Below, piece after piece: positions 14,317 through 29,481 of a stretch of 64,000 nt of DNA; position 1 is the first letter of the stretch, and every line of letters begins with the position of its first letter. This DNA is from Eledone cirrhosa (Eukaryota). The stretch is from the NCBI GenBank assembly GCA_964016885.1, contig OZ024746.1:84196001-84260000 (forward strand), in the 5' to 3' direction. Under the pieces are notes generated by a model, which was given only the letters and a program-made list of their open reading frames with translations, searched no databases and was not told the DNA's origin. The position numbers and the translations under genes were made by a program.

Positions 14317-14748
14317 TGAGGTTAATGTGTTACACACACACACACACACACACATATCTATATACATACACAGGCACATACATACACACGTACACTCACA
14401 CACATACGCACATATATATATATACATACATACACACATACATACACACGTACACTCACACACATACACATACGCACATTAATACACACATTAATACACA
14501 CTGTCTCGCTCGCTTTACGCGATTTACTTGTCCCAATAGCTTTATGTAGCCGTTGCTCGCACCAACCGGAGGTATATGATTTTTAAAGCGATGAAATACC
14601 AATGAAGGTTGGAAAATCACTGACGAAGGACTATTTTTATCATATGTAACCCATGTGCAACCACGCAGTATTCTTTCTTCTCATGTTTTTTATATGTATG
14701 TATATATATATATATGTATGTATGTATATATATATTTGTGTGTATATA

Positions 14749-14831
<83 letters not shown>

Positions 14832-16149
14832 ATATATATATATACACACACACTCATGCATGTATTTACTTACTCCTTATATTGGTGTTTTAAAAAAGGG
14901 GGGGAGAAGAAAAGACAACACTAATTGTATGAAAATCTATCTTAAAGAATGCAATAGTCTTTCTGAAAACCTAATATATTAGTTTAATATCTTAGTCTGA
15001 CTCACTAAATCCGCTTTAATTTGGATTATGTCCTGAAACCCTTCACTATGATAGGATTATCAAAATACTATTTCGTCATTTAGGTTAAAGAATGCAAGCC
15101 ACCCCCATTGTTAAATATCTCACAGAAAACAACATCCGTCTTGATTACTTTTTGTTTTTACTATTGCTGTTGTCGCTCCTAATATGGCTGCTATGACGAC
15201 ATTACCAGAGGCCACAATTCATTGCACGTTTTACATCTAAAGTCCGCCCTCAGTATCATTACAAATCGCTGTTGATCTCTCAATACGTAGGTTAGTGTTA
15301 ACATATTGAATACAGAGCGGTGGATTTTTCAGAATCGGTTGGTCAGCGGATGGGGTAAACAAAATATTTTGTTACAGCTCTTTACGTTCTGAGTTCGAAT
15401 CCTCCCAAAGTGACCTTTGTTTTTAAACTTTCCCATGTCCGGTGCCAGGTGCCAGCCAGGTACCAGATTTGATTCAATCATCCAACACCCATCCTATCTA
15501 AAAAAAAACAAAAAAAACACATTTGGGTGTCACGCGCAAATATGAAAAATGAATGCATCTAATGCTGACTATAAATAAACATTCGATGAGCAAAGGAAAT
15601 AAACATTATTCAATGCCTAATATTACTTTCATTGTTTTGGAATGTTTCGTTCTTATTCTGACCTCAACAGCGAAGAACTTATCACTAAATAAATGTACAA
15701 AAATGTATGCTGGTTAAAGTAGAAAAATAGAATTGCTCAGAGAATATATACCACACAATGGACACACACCTTCTCCCCTCATAAGCCATTCATCCTCATT
15801 TCCCATAGCCTGAACTAAACACTTTTCCTAACCATACTTTTCCAGAACTTTAGATCGCTGGAATTTCCATTCTGATAATATGTCAACATCTAGAATTCAG
15901 GCCTATAAATGTCATGGGCGCTTTCTCTCTCCCCGCCTTACTAACTAAATATTTAAGAAAACCTCTATTATTTTTATTTTTCTTTCTTTAGAAAGACAGA
16001 GTCTCCGAGACTTATGAGAAGAAAGGGGAAAAGAAACCCTGATTCGTGGATTGTATCGAAGTATAGAATTATCAACAAATCGGAGACCTGGTTCGAATGC
16101 ATGTAGTAGAATGGATTCCCTTAACCGTTCCAAAGGCCAAGTGGTTGTG

Positions 16150-16887
16150 TTACACCAAGCAACGATTTAATTCTACCACGCAAGAACATGCACAGCTTCA
16201 CAAAGCTCTAAGTCTGCAATAAGCTTTCTATTCATGTTAAATTTTGACGGGAGTTTTGTAACATTGTGTTATAACAGCTCAGCAAATTTGACGATGGCTG
16301 ACCAATTCGAACAACATTCCTACATCAAATTTTGCTCGGCAATCCTATTACCGAAACCCTCGAAAAGCTTTGTTAAGCGTTTGATGAAACAGAGTCTTTT
16401 GGGGGTTGTTTTACTGAAACACGCGTTTAAGGGCTGGTCGACTGAGGGCCGAAGATGATGAACGTTCAAAGCAAACATTCACTAGCAAAACTCCAGAAAA
16501 TGTGGATTGTTACCGATCAATCCATCGGTTTTCTCACATATTTCGAATTATTTATGGAGTCTGCCAGAGGATTCTCACAGAAAACCATCACTTACAACCC
16601 GATTGATATTTCCACATTGTCCCGCTCTGACTTTTTTCTGTTTCCCAAAGTGTACTTTAAGTTGATGGGGGTGTCGTTTCAGAACTCTAGATAGAATTCA
16701 AATAGAACCGCAAGCGGTATTAGACGGCCTTCGGCAAGAAGCACTGGTATCACTGTGTCAGTTCACAATAGAACTGTTTGAATGAGGTAGTTCTTGAATA
16801 TAAATAATATATCGAATACATTATTTACTAGAGTAATACTGTATATTCTTTAGGTCTGGTTCGAGAACATTCTAATACCACCTCGTT
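16150..16887 (+). mobile_element. Degenerate mariner transposon relic
   Basis: MADQFEQHSYIKFC (mariner N-terminus-like), LSRSDFFLFPKV (LAPSDFxLF-like), 3' end cacctcgt. Confidence 0.75.
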
Positions 16888-17049
16888 TTTTTATTGCTGG
16901 CTTACTAAGTACAGAATTTATTAACCTATTTTTTTTCTAGTGTTGATGACCGAACTTAAGCCGTAGTTTCATAATCTTTTTATATAAAAGCTAGATGGTA
17001 GTGGTGTTCGGAGCTGCCTTTATGTAAAGACTAAACAAAAGAAAATGAC

Positions 17050-17325
17050 TAGAGTATTCGCGGGGGTTACGATCCTAGAGCAACCGCAAAGAGTGGGGAA
17101 CCGCGAATACTGGACGTGGTCCATAAAAATGCCTGGTATATTGTTATTAATAATTTAGCGTTCAAAGGCTTGAAAAATATATATACGAAAAAAGCCATTA
17201 AAAAAATCCCGGAACTTATTTACGATTCCGCGAATATGCCGTGGTTTCCACGAACAATTATTAGCTACGTTCTAAGGTAAATTCAGCAAATAACCGGGAC
17301 CGCGAATGCCGGGGGTACACTGTAC
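17050..17325. mobile_element. pogo/Tigger-like MITE
   Basis: Imperfect TIRs gtattcgcgg ... ccgcgaatgccgggggtacactgta with internal ccgcgaata subrepeats. Confidence 0.6.
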
Positions 17326-17679
17326 TTAGTATATCTCGGAATCTTAACACTGGATAAACAATAAGAGTAAATCTATTGCTGTTTTATATTCAATCAATTA
17401 ACACCAAACTCTTCCTCTCTCTCTATATCTAATACACGACACTCTCTTCCAATACTATATCAATTAGCACCAAAATCTCCACCTCTCTATATCTACTATA
17501 CGAAACTCTCTTCCCTTACCCCTCTTTATATCAATTTACACCAAACTCTCAGTAATGCCCTGGAGTCGATTTAGTTGACTTTCTCCTCGAAAATTGTTGG
17601 CCTTGTGCCTAAATCAGAAACCAATATATTCTTATGTAGTAGAAAAAGGGTGTTCAATATATAAAATAAAGTGTGTTAT

Positions 17680-17793
17680 AATTGTTTCTACTTTTGGCAC
17701 AAGGCCAGCAATTACCCAGTGCATTACTGGTACTTTATTTTATCGACCCCGTAAGGATGAAAGGCAAAGTTAACCTCGGCGGGATTTGAACTC
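17680..17793 (-). mobile_element. Deu/Nin-core SINE, truncated
   Basis: Consensus match on minus strand. Confidence 0.88.
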
Positions 17794-17829
17794 CTGATTC
17801 ATATTCTACTAGCTGAAGATTAAACGATT

Positions 17830-18280
17830 GTTGTTATTGTTTAGTCACAAATCAGTATGTCATAGACCTCTAATGATCAAAGACCTTTGGACCATGCCTA
17901 TTCCGTTTTTTAATGGTAGGGGTGCAGAAACATGCTGTATCTAGAACTAAATACTCTATTGTATCCTTCCATTTTAATACAGTATAGTGTAATTTGGGAA
18001 AGATTTAGCTGCTATTTCCCGCAGATTGAAAGACCAGGTTAAGAGTCTTTTCTTCGTTTTTAGTATGTACATTTTTTGTTGCTAGTGCTTAGACATAATA
18101 CAGCCCTGAACGAGTAGATCTATGATCAAAGACATTCCAATCACGACTATCCTCTCTTTTATTCAGAAATAGTCCATCTAATACTACATTATCTAATGTT
18201 TAATATTTATTTTTTTCGATAGTTGGGTGTAATTAAAAGGAGATTTGGCTTCTATATTTAGCAAGCTGACCCACCACTTG
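17830..18280 (+). repeat. Two tandem copies of an old interspersed repeat (atgatcaaag..ttcca..gaccat; gagatttggctgctattt)
   Basis: Related copies at about 27845, 47030, 47660 (minus), 56215 and 57590. Confidence 0.6.
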
Positions 18281-18424
18281 GTGTATATTTGAATGCGTAG
18301 ATAAATTGTTTAATGTGTAGATAATTAACAACAGGGTGACTGCTCTGTAATTTCAAATATCGAAGCTTTCCTATTGATTAGAGAGAAAAAGTGTTCACTT
18401 AAAGACATTACAGCAACACACACC

Positions 18425-18900
<476 letters not shown>

Positions 18901-19173
18901 TGTATATAAAACCAAGGAGTCAATTTTGCTCAACTGGATTCATAGCTGCTTTGTTTCGCTTCCTTTTGTGCTTGATTTTTGCCTTTTATCAGTCATACAA
19001 TTGTTATTGTATTTTTTCTTTATGGCGTTGCTGATGCCGCTATTGTAATTGTTGATGCTGCTGGTGTCGACGTCCTCCGCATATGTGTGTATGTGTGTGT
19101 GTGTGTGTGTGTATGTGTGTATGTGTGTGTGTGTGTGTGTGTGCACGCGCGTGCGTTCGTGTATGTATATATT

Positions 19174-19214
<41 letters not shown>

Positions 19215-19220
<6 letters not shown>

Positions 19221-19412
19221 AGATTCAGGACCCCGACGGCTGAGTTCCGGCCGTTTCGACTACTAGATCCGAGCAGTTCGGATCTAGCAGTCGAAACGGC
19301 CGGAGCTCAGCCGTCTAGGGCCTGAATCTTTTCATATTACCCACTCTACCACCCAAGCAAGGAGTACTTTGGTAGGTTATGGTCCACCTGGTATTTTACC
19401 ACACCCTTTCTG
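19215..19412 (+). mobile_element. Hairpin module with hammerhead 3' half plus tail (family B)
   Basis: About 60-bp arms; GAAAC GGC...GCC GTC stem III; homologous to 36370, 39203, 62824 and 25943. Confidence 0.75.
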
Positions 19413-19443
<31 letters not shown>

Positions 19444-19445
<2 letters not shown>

Positions 19446-19519
19446 CAGAGTCTCCCAAAAATTGTACACACACAACAGCAGCATTCTAACCAAAGTGTGT
19501 ATACATTTTTGGGGCCACC

Positions 19520-19524
<5 letters not shown>
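19444..19524. mobile_element. Tc1/mariner-type MITE
   Basis: TIRs tacagagtctcccaaaaattgtacac/gtatacatttttggggccaccctgta in TA; other copies at 19812, 34857 and 54509. Confidence 0.8.
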
Positions 19525-19588
<64 letters not shown>

Positions 19589-19593
19589 CATAC

Positions 19594-19628
<35 letters not shown>

Positions 19629-19811
19629 AAGGTAATATTTTCTAGCACCGAGTATCCAAACAAGAATTTCTAAACACATAATATTAATAAATCTATAATG
19701 AATAATTAAGAATCATTCACATTGATTTTTACACGGTTGCTAGATTATTGCGAAGAAGAGATAGAGTGAAGAAAAAAGGGTTAAGAGAAAATAGGTGGAG
19801 AGTTATATATA

Positions 19812-20090
19812 CACAGGGTGTCCCCAAAAATGTATACACAAAAGCTCTGCATTCTAATAAATAATTGTTTCTACTTTTTGGCACAAGGCCAGCAATTATC
19901 TCAGTGCATTACTGGTACTTTATTTTATCGACCCCGTAAGAAGGAAAGGTAAAGTTAACCTCGGCGGGATTTGAACTCAGACTGTAAAGGGCCGTAACAC
20001 TATGTTGGAAAGCATGGCGTCCGACCTTCTACCGATACTGCCAATGTCTGTACAGGTAATCAAAGTATGTATACATTTTTGGGGGACACC

Positions 20091-20094
<4 letters not shown>
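19812..20094. mobile_element. Same MITE interrupted by a minus-strand SINE (19863-20044)
   Basis: cagggtgtccccaaaaatgtatac ... gtatacatttttgggggacaccctg; body matches the uninterrupted copy at 34857. Confidence 0.88.
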
Positions 20095-20128
<34 letters not shown>

Positions 20129-20421
20129 GGAAAAAAATGAAACGAAATTTCATTTCCCACTCTTAGTACGGCTGTTACTTAAATATAAGTATGTACACGT
20201 ACATACATATATGTATACAGACGTACAGTAGTATGTATATATATATATACATACATGCACACATATATATATGTACGTATGGATTCGCCGAACATTTATT
20301 ATAATGCTCGGTGTGTTTGTAAACAAACATCCCGTATTAAGCCGTAGTGTCCAGCAACCATCGTTGCTCGTTTGTTCAACACTGACAAAGGAACGCTGTA
20401 CTGGTTTCAAGCTTATTAGCT

Positions 20422-20640
20422 TACGGGGTCGTTAAAATAAAGTACCAGTAATGCACTGGTGTAGATTTAATTGACTCTCCCCTCCCCTTCAAATTGCTAG
20501 CCTTGCGCCTAAATTAGAAACCACGCTGGATTGGCAGTATCAGTGGGGGGTCGGACGCTATGCTTTGCAGCATAGAGTTATGACCCTTTACGGTCTGAGT
20601 TCAAATCCCGCCGAGGTTAACTTTGTAGAAACAATTATTA
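20422..20640 (+). mobile_element. Two abutting partial SINEs (3' half followed by internally deleted copy)
   Basis: Core and tail precede box A/box B; second copy jumps from aactttg to tagaaacaatt. Confidence 0.75.
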
Positions 20641-20680
20641 TTAACATTATTTATTATATATATATATATATATATATACA

Positions 20681-20741
<61 letters not shown>

Positions 20742-20784
20742 ATGTATATATATATATATTCATACAGTATATATATATATATAC

Positions 20785-20829
<45 letters not shown>

Positions 20830-20873
20830 AATGAAGTAATCCGTCGGAAAAGTCCAGGATGTTGTTTATTACA

Positions 20874-20986
<113 letters not shown>

Positions 20987-21446
20987 ATAAAAAGTCTAGA
21001 AATTATTGTAGCAAGAAGCCAACAGTATTCCATAATATATAAGTGACTATAGCGTCAAAATGGAAAAATAGTTAACGTAAGATGTGGGAAAATAATTCAA
21101 ACTCAATTTAAAAAGAATCAGGATATAGATTCATCCACAGAATTTGGTGAAATCCAGGGAAAAATCAATAGAGCCTTAACTCAGAATAAAATAAAGTTTA
21201 AAATACTCATCCTTCAATTTGGAAAAACTACAAATGCTCTGTATAGTCTTAAAAAAGACTATTTCACGAAACTTTCAGTGGGGATGGTCATATATATATA
21301 TATATATATATTTATTATGAAAATATCTCATATGAAATTATTTCATAATTCTTCGGCTCTGTTTAATTACATTGAGCTATACCTTTTACTGTCATTTCTA
21401 TAATACGAAGAGGGTGTTTAACTCCAACACGCTCCAGTATTTTAAT

Positions 21447-21513
<67 letters not shown>

Positions 21514-21974
21514 GAGAGTGGAAGAAGAATGTGGCATGTGCGTGTTGGATTACGTTAAACAGAATAACAGAATAGTAACTCTAATTATTAGAAGTAAAAG
21601 TTAATCTTTGCTGGGAATTATTTCAATGGGTAGAATGGGCAATAGCTAAAAAATAAGCTATCGCTTATTCTGCAGCCACCCAGCAACCGTTTCTTCTCAT
21701 AAAAATCTTGCTTATTTTTTTGTTTATTTTTTTGTTTTTAGATACTGGGTATTTTTTTTTTTTAGTTTCACCCAAAGTCGTTTATTAGTTACTGCCCAAC
21801 TTAAATCGATATTGTAGTAACTTCAGTTGCAATTGTTTTAGTTGTTATAGTTGTGAGGTATTGACTCCAGTTTATGATATTATCACGCGGAAAGTTGATG
21901 ACAAGGAAGGGAAAAATGCCGATCACTATCATAAACGTATACATAAATCACACACAAACACATACATACACATA

Positions 21975-22585
21975 TATTATATTATATTATATTATATTAT
22001 CTGAGTTCAAATCCCGCCGAGGTTGACTTTGCCTTTCATCCTTACGGGGTCGATAAAATAAAGTACTAGTAATGCACTGGGTAATTGCTGGCCTTGTGCC
22101 TAAAGTAGAAACAATTATATTATATTATATTATATTATATTATATTATATTATATTATATTATATTATATTATATTATATTATATTATATTATATTATAT
22201 TATAAGGGCGGTGGATTAGCAGTCTCGGTAGAGGGTCGGACACCATATTTTGCAGCATAGAGTTACGGCCCTCTACGGTCTGAGTTCAGATCCCGCCAAG
22301 ATTAACTTTGTCTTTCATCCTTAAAATAAAGCACTGCACTGGGATAATTGTTGGCCTTATATTATATTATTAGGGCGGTGGATTGGCAGTATCGATAGAG
22401 GGTCGGACGCCATGCTTTGACGCATAGAGTTTCGGCCCTTGCCATTCTGAGTTCAAATCCCGCCGAGGTTAACTTTGCCTTTCATCCTTACGGGGTCGAT
22501 AAAATAAAGTACCAGTAATGAACTGGGTAATTGCTGGCCTCGTGCCAAAAGTAGAAATAATTATATCATACTATATTATATTATA
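21975..22585 (+). mobile_element. Three SINE copies inserted in an (ATATT)n pentanucleotide tract
   Basis: Copies at 22000-22115, 22206-22360 and 22373-22562, each flanked by attat repeats. Confidence 0.9.
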
Positions 22586-23506
22586 TGTATGTGTATGTGT
22601 GTCTATGTAATATGAGCAGAAAATATATTTCCATAAAACATCAGTGGCCTTTATAGATGTAATGGACTGCTATCCTTCATATCTCTAACTCCCAATAAAC
22701 AGCTAAATTTTAAAAAAGACAAAAATACCTTCAGAAATTCTTGAAAGATTTTAAAAATATATTACCGATCAATCAATCTGAATAAGGTTAACTAAGATGT
22801 CAAACTCAAAATCAATAATCTGCAGTTTTCTCCTTATTGAAAGTTCAAGTTGTTAAATCATTGTCATATCGAGTTTAAAAATATTACTTGACGCATATCA
22901 AACTTCTTCTCTCATGAATCTGATTTTATAAAGTATAAGGATGTGCTAGCACAATGTAGATTCACAGAGAAAATATAACTTATTATAAAATATCCCACTA
23001 ACCCAGAAAAACAGACCACGTCGCTTTACTTGGTTCAACTTGATATTTAGCCAATAATTCCCCTTTCAGGCAGCTAAAGTTTTCTTGTAGCTGCTTGCTA
23101 CAAAATATTACAAAATTATCAATAGAAGTTCCATAGAAGTTTGTGATTGAACCACTCCCATTTTTGCACGATCTTGTCAAAATTGACCGATCTTCAGCCA
23201 TCTTCTCGCCACTAATCATACAACTATAGTCACCCAACAACATACTAACCCGATCGTAAATATTATTTACACAGCTTATGTTAATATTAACTCAGTCTCT
23301 AAATCATATATTTGATTGATAGAATGCTCTTTAAAAACTCACTATTACCAACTCATATAATATATTTGGAGCCTGAAATCGAAGAGCAAGAATTATGACA
23401 GCAAGTGGGAAATCATTTATTTTACCAAATTCGGCTCAAGTCAACTTTGCCTTTCCTCGGTTCGAGGTCGATAAATAAAGTTCCAGTTCAGTCCTGAGGT
23501 CGAGTT

Positions 23507-23730
<224 letters not shown>

Positions 23731-24130
23731 AATTTCTCTCTGCAAGAGTGATGGGCTCTACCAGGTATAAAATGGCCAAAATTTGCTGAGTGTCAAGACA
23801 ACGGCACTGCAACTCCTTCGGGATGTAATGGTGTTTTTCCTTTCGTTCCTTCCAAGGAACTACAATATATACATCGGCTACTGAATTGTGATCAGACTCT
23901 CTTGGAATCATAAATACATGAAACATTCTCAACAACACCACCGCCACCATCACCACCACAAACACCACCACCAACACCAACAGCAACAACAATAGCAACA
24001 AGAAACGATAAAATCAAATAAAGTGAGACAAAGTAAAAACATTGAAGATTGAATGGAAAACTTGAATGTGAACAAAGCTAAGAAAGAAATGAGGTAACGG
24101 TACCCCACACAACTCCATTAAACATGATAC

Positions 24131-24190
<60 letters not shown>

Positions 24191-24243
24191 TTATATATAT
24201 ATATATATATAAATATAAATATGTATATATAGTTTATATATCT

Positions 24244-24353
<110 letters not shown>

Positions 24354-24504
24354 ATTTATGTTCTTGTACATGTATGTATATGTAGTCTAAGTATGTGTGA
24401 GAGTGTCTGCCCATCCATTTCTATATAAGCACGACTGAGCATAATATTTCTATATTTGGTGAGAAAAATATGAAATTTAAAAACATCGCAATGACACATG
24501 CACG

Positions 24505-24559
<55 letters not shown>

Positions 24560-25642
24560 ATACATGCACTTATGCACATACACATACTTACACACCCATC
24601 CATAATTTCATCCAATGCCAATCATTAACGCACGCACACACTCAAATGTTCACATACAAATATTCTCACTGACACAAACACACCCACACTCACACCTATA
24701 CACACACATACACTTAAGAAAGCCTGATAAAATATAGTAATTCAATAAAATTCCCACATGCTCACTGACACAGACACAGACACACACACACGCACACACA
24801 CACACACACACACACAGACATATATATATATATATACACACACAAACACATACACACACACAGACATACACACACACACACACATACATACACACAGACA
24901 CACACACACACAAACGCACACACATAACATTAATGCCATTTCTATACCTGCGTTTGACTGTTTTCTGTGTTTTAAATCCATTTATTTATTCTACGTTAGT
25001 GTTTTAAGTTAATTTAGAAAATGTTTCTCTATCGTAAAATATATATTAATATTAAAACTAAAATGTTGACAATCTTTTACTAATGTCTTCCTTGTGAAAT
25101 TTGTGGTCTTGTTTGGCTTAACTAATGAATATTTCCAGCTCTGCGCACCTAACTTCTGCATGAACCCAGCCACCTAGCTGCTTTCTACTGCATATTGCAC
25201 ATTGAGCACATGCCTTTACGCTTTGGCTTCTAACTAATTCACCAATCTCTCCTCTCATATCTCTCCTCTCCTATCTCCATCTCTCTCTTTAAGATTGGTT
25301 ACTCTTGAACTGTGTATTAATATTAATATTTTTATTTCTTTACCATATTCTACCATTTTCGGTGGCTATATTTTTCTCCATCCTTCAACTACTACCATTG
25401 TTGTCCACATATTTCTTCTTATCCAGTTACATTCATCTAATCTCATTTTTAGAGGGGAAATCGTGCTTCTCTCTTCTGTTCAGAGCTGCTTGCAATCTTC
25501 TAGTGACTTCATTAACGACATCGTCTACGGAATTCTAATCTTTCGTTATCTAATTATTGTAAAAACACAAATTTTCTCTTTCTCCGTGTTTGTATATATA
25601 TATATATATATATTTAGATACACATACATACAGACATAAGTA

Positions 25643-25734
<92 letters not shown>

Positions 25735-25848
25735 CATACATACATACATACATGCATACATACATACATAATATGTATGTTTTACATATATATATGTATT
25801 ACATATATATATGTATTACATATATATATGTATTTACATATATATATG

Positions 25849-25945
<97 letters not shown>

Positions 25946-25983
25946 AAAATGTTTAACCCCGTCTGCAGAGCTCAAGCCTTCGT

Positions 25984-26051
<68 letters not shown>

Positions 26052-26176
26052 GCGTGTGTGTGTGTTTTCAGATGTCAGTATGTGCATTTGTCCATTCAGT
26101 TCTAATAAATTCGATGTGCCTTGAATTGCTGCCAACTGAAAACTATCTGAGGTCATATTTGGGTTTATATGCCAAC

Positions 26177-26305
<129 letters not shown>

Positions 26306-26346
26306 GATATATTAACAAATGGAAACTATATTTATAAAACCATATT

Positions 26347-26411
26347 TATTTCATTATACATATTTCAAGGACACCAAGTTAAATTATGGTGTGCTTTCAT
26401 CAGATAAAATA
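26347..26411 (-). ncRNA. Type I hammerhead ribozyme candidate (inverted copy)
   Basis: Reverse complement of 26490-26554. Confidence 0.75.
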
Positions 26412-26489
26412 TAATATAGATCAGTTTTATAAATAAATATTGACATACCCTTAAAGAATGCGACCATTATATATATATATTATATATTA

Positions 26490-26554
26490 TATTTTATCTG
26501 ATGAAAGCACACCATAATTTAACTTGGTGTCCTTGAAATATGTATAATGAAATA
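26490..26554 (+). ncRNA. Type I hammerhead ribozyme candidate, minimal stem III
   Basis: Stem I tattttat/atgaaata; CTGATGA; stem II aag-cacacca/tggtgtc-ctt; GAAA; self-complementary ATATGTAT; AUA triplet. Confidence 0.75.
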
Positions 26555-26686
26555 AATATGGTTTTATAAATATAGTTTCCATTTGTTAATATATCGTATT
26601 TTTACTCCAATAATTACTTGAGTGCTTTATATCAGTTATAAAAATATTTTAGCTTGTTCTATCCCAACAGTTTAAATAGAACTTCT

Positions 26687-26723
<37 letters not shown>

Positions 26724-26745
26724 TCTGATTCCTTTGGTAATAGTG

Positions 26746-26810
<65 letters not shown>

Positions 26811-26916
26811 CAATTTAGAAATTAAAAATTAAAAAATATATGATCAACACTACTGTGTTTTTTTTGCAAAATGACAATAATTTTTTAGCCAGATAGAAAT
26901 ACCTTAATTCAAGTAC

Positions 26917-26983
<67 letters not shown>

Positions 26984-26987
<4 letters not shown>

Positions 26988-27043
26988 GGAGGTGAAATGC
27001 GCATAATAAAATACATGGAACTCCTTTAACCATCTTTTGATCT

Positions 27044-27047
<4 letters not shown>
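26984..27047. mobile_element. Internally deleted copy of the 18483 module
   Basis: tgtaggaggtga joined directly to aatgcgcataataaaatacatggaactcc. Confidence 0.85.
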
Positions 27048-27111
<64 letters not shown>

Positions 27112-27337
27112 CTGATTCCTTTGGTAATAGTGTAATTATATATATATATATATATATATATACTATATACTCAAAGTTTTCAGACATAGCATTATAGATA
27201 TAAGTATGTGAAGTTTGTATATCTAATGATATACGATATGTTAACGAATAAAGATTTTGAAAGCCCTTTAACTATGAATATTGAAAAGCTGACAGCTAGC
27301 GCCATCTAACGGATTCCAGTAGAAGCAGTAGGGGATA

Positions 27338-27379
27338 ACTGTCGACGCGTTTCTGGCTTACGGCCGTCATCAGTACAGC
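27338..27379 (-). ncRNA. Minimal type I hammerhead ribozyme candidate
   Basis: Minus strand gctgta CTGATGA cggc-cgtaa-gcca GAAAC GC GTC gacagt; palindromic ACGCGT stem III; two core-adjacent mismatches. Confidence 0.65.
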
Positions 27380-27814
27380 GTCCTGTTCTCTGCTGGAATT
27401 TGAAACATCTTTCACGCCCCGTCGTTCTCCCACCCATACACACACACACATGCTCACACACAGACATACCTATACATAAACATACACACACTTACCCTTA
27501 CATACATGCACACAAAATAATTCCCCTACCGACAAGACAGAAAGACACAAACACACACGCGAAGACACTCATACGCACACGTGAAAATACACAGAAACAC
27601 ATACACACACACGCGCGCGCAAACACACACACACTCACATACATAGAAACAATAGAAAAAAGTCACATACACGCACATGTACACACAAAAAAAAACGACG
27701 AAGAACTCACAGACACACCAGCGTGCACACAAACACCATTCATCGATCCATGCATGCATGGATCGATGAATGGCTGATGGACGAATAGAACGTCTGTTGT
27801 TATAGTCGTTATTT

Positions 27815-27849
<35 letters not shown>

Positions 27850-28902
27850 CTCTGTGCTATATTTGATTGAACATATATATATGATTAAAGCCGCTAGTCA
27901 CAATTATCCCTGTTTCATTCAGATGTTGTGTATCCCGGACTACATCATTCAGATATAGTGTATTCCGGACTACATCTAATGTGCCTTTCACTTTGTTGAT
28001 TACTATTTACTCTTTACAATCGTATGAGCATTTTTTATCGTCCCTTCTGTCTGTCTAGAAATAGAACTTGCGTTTCTTTAGTATTGGGCATTCAGATGAT
28101 TTTCCTCTCAGTAAACCAGTAAAATCTCGTGTTCGTCTCTTTCTGTATTATATTAAACGTCTCTGCTAGAATCCTATGTGTCTGTTATATTTTTTAATCT
28201 TATCATGTCATGGAGCCTTCCAGTTGTTTGTTTTTCATACTGTCTGAGCTAATGTGTGTATGTTAGTAATTTATGTGTTATTTTGGCTTCCCTCGATTGT
28301 TTAAATGTTACGTTCACTAATGTGTTTTATATTTTTATTTTAATTTTATTGTTATTACTATTTTTTGTTTTTTGTTTTTTTTTGTTTTTTGTCTTTTAGC
28401 AATTTCATCCATGGTGATTAATTTGTTGTCCATACTTCTCCCCGGAATTCTTCTACTTCACTTGCTGTTGATATTACTTTAATTTCTATTTGATTTCTAC
28501 TTGACTTTTACCTAGTTCCGGATAAAATCAATTTGGGGCTGAAGTCGAAATGTTTGTTTCGTTGTGACTTTTTATACCGACAGATTTCTTTTTAATGCTA
28601 TTTAGTTAAGATCTTTTATTTCATGCATTCTTTGGTTTCTAAGTGTTTTATTTTGTATTTATGAAGCATTTGCCGCTTCGTCAGTTACCTTTAATTCTTA
28701 TAGAGTTTGGTTTTTACACTTACCTCCCTTTTCAGTACTCTCATAATGTTAATGATTTCACTGTGGATTTAGATATCCTTTCCCTTATTTCCTACATCTT
28801 TCTATTTTCTTTTTCAATGTCATATTCCATATGAGTATATCTAAAGGGATGTTTTCTTTTCTTTCACTTTCCCTAGTAACAAGTGTAACTGTTACATCAT
28901 AT

Positions 28903-29245
28903 AACTGGCACTCCGTCGGTTACGACGAAGAGTGTTCCAGTTGATACGATCAACGGAACACACTGCTCGTGAAATAAACGTGCAAGTGACTGAGCATTCC
29001 ACAGACACGCATACCCTTCATGTAGTTCCCATGGAGATTCAGTGTGACACAGAAAGTGACAAGGCCGATCCTTTGATTTATAGGTACAACCCGTTTTTTG
29101 GCCTGCTGAGTGGAGCGGAGCAACATGAAATAAAGTGTCTTGCTCAAGAACTCAAGAACACAACACGCCGCCGGCAATCGAACTAGCCACAAATAATAAT
29201 AGTAACTAGCCCAATACTCTAACCACAAAGCCACGCACCATCGCA
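28903..29245 (-). mobile_element. Second SINE family, long form
   Basis: Minus strand ggtgcgtggctttgtggttagag head, cttgagcaagacactttatttc core; similar plus copy at 50705-50995. Confidence 0.8.
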
Positions 29246-29481
29246 CCGTTTCGTTATATACTATTTCATTTACACTGGTAATAATATAATGCTGTCTGTT
29301 TTCATTAAATTTACGAAATCTAGCTTTGTTTAATGTATTGATGTTACTATTTCATCATTCAGGTTTAACATTGAGAGGTAACGTTCATGAGCACATGTTA
29401 TCTTGATTTTCATTCTTTAATTCCATCTTAAAACTATGTGCTTTTAGCTTGATGGATGGCACTGTAATTTATTACGAATAT

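Noticed and set aside
14615-14690. ctgacga followed by a tail-like sequence
   Set aside because: No GAAA or stem III; at most a truncated remnant
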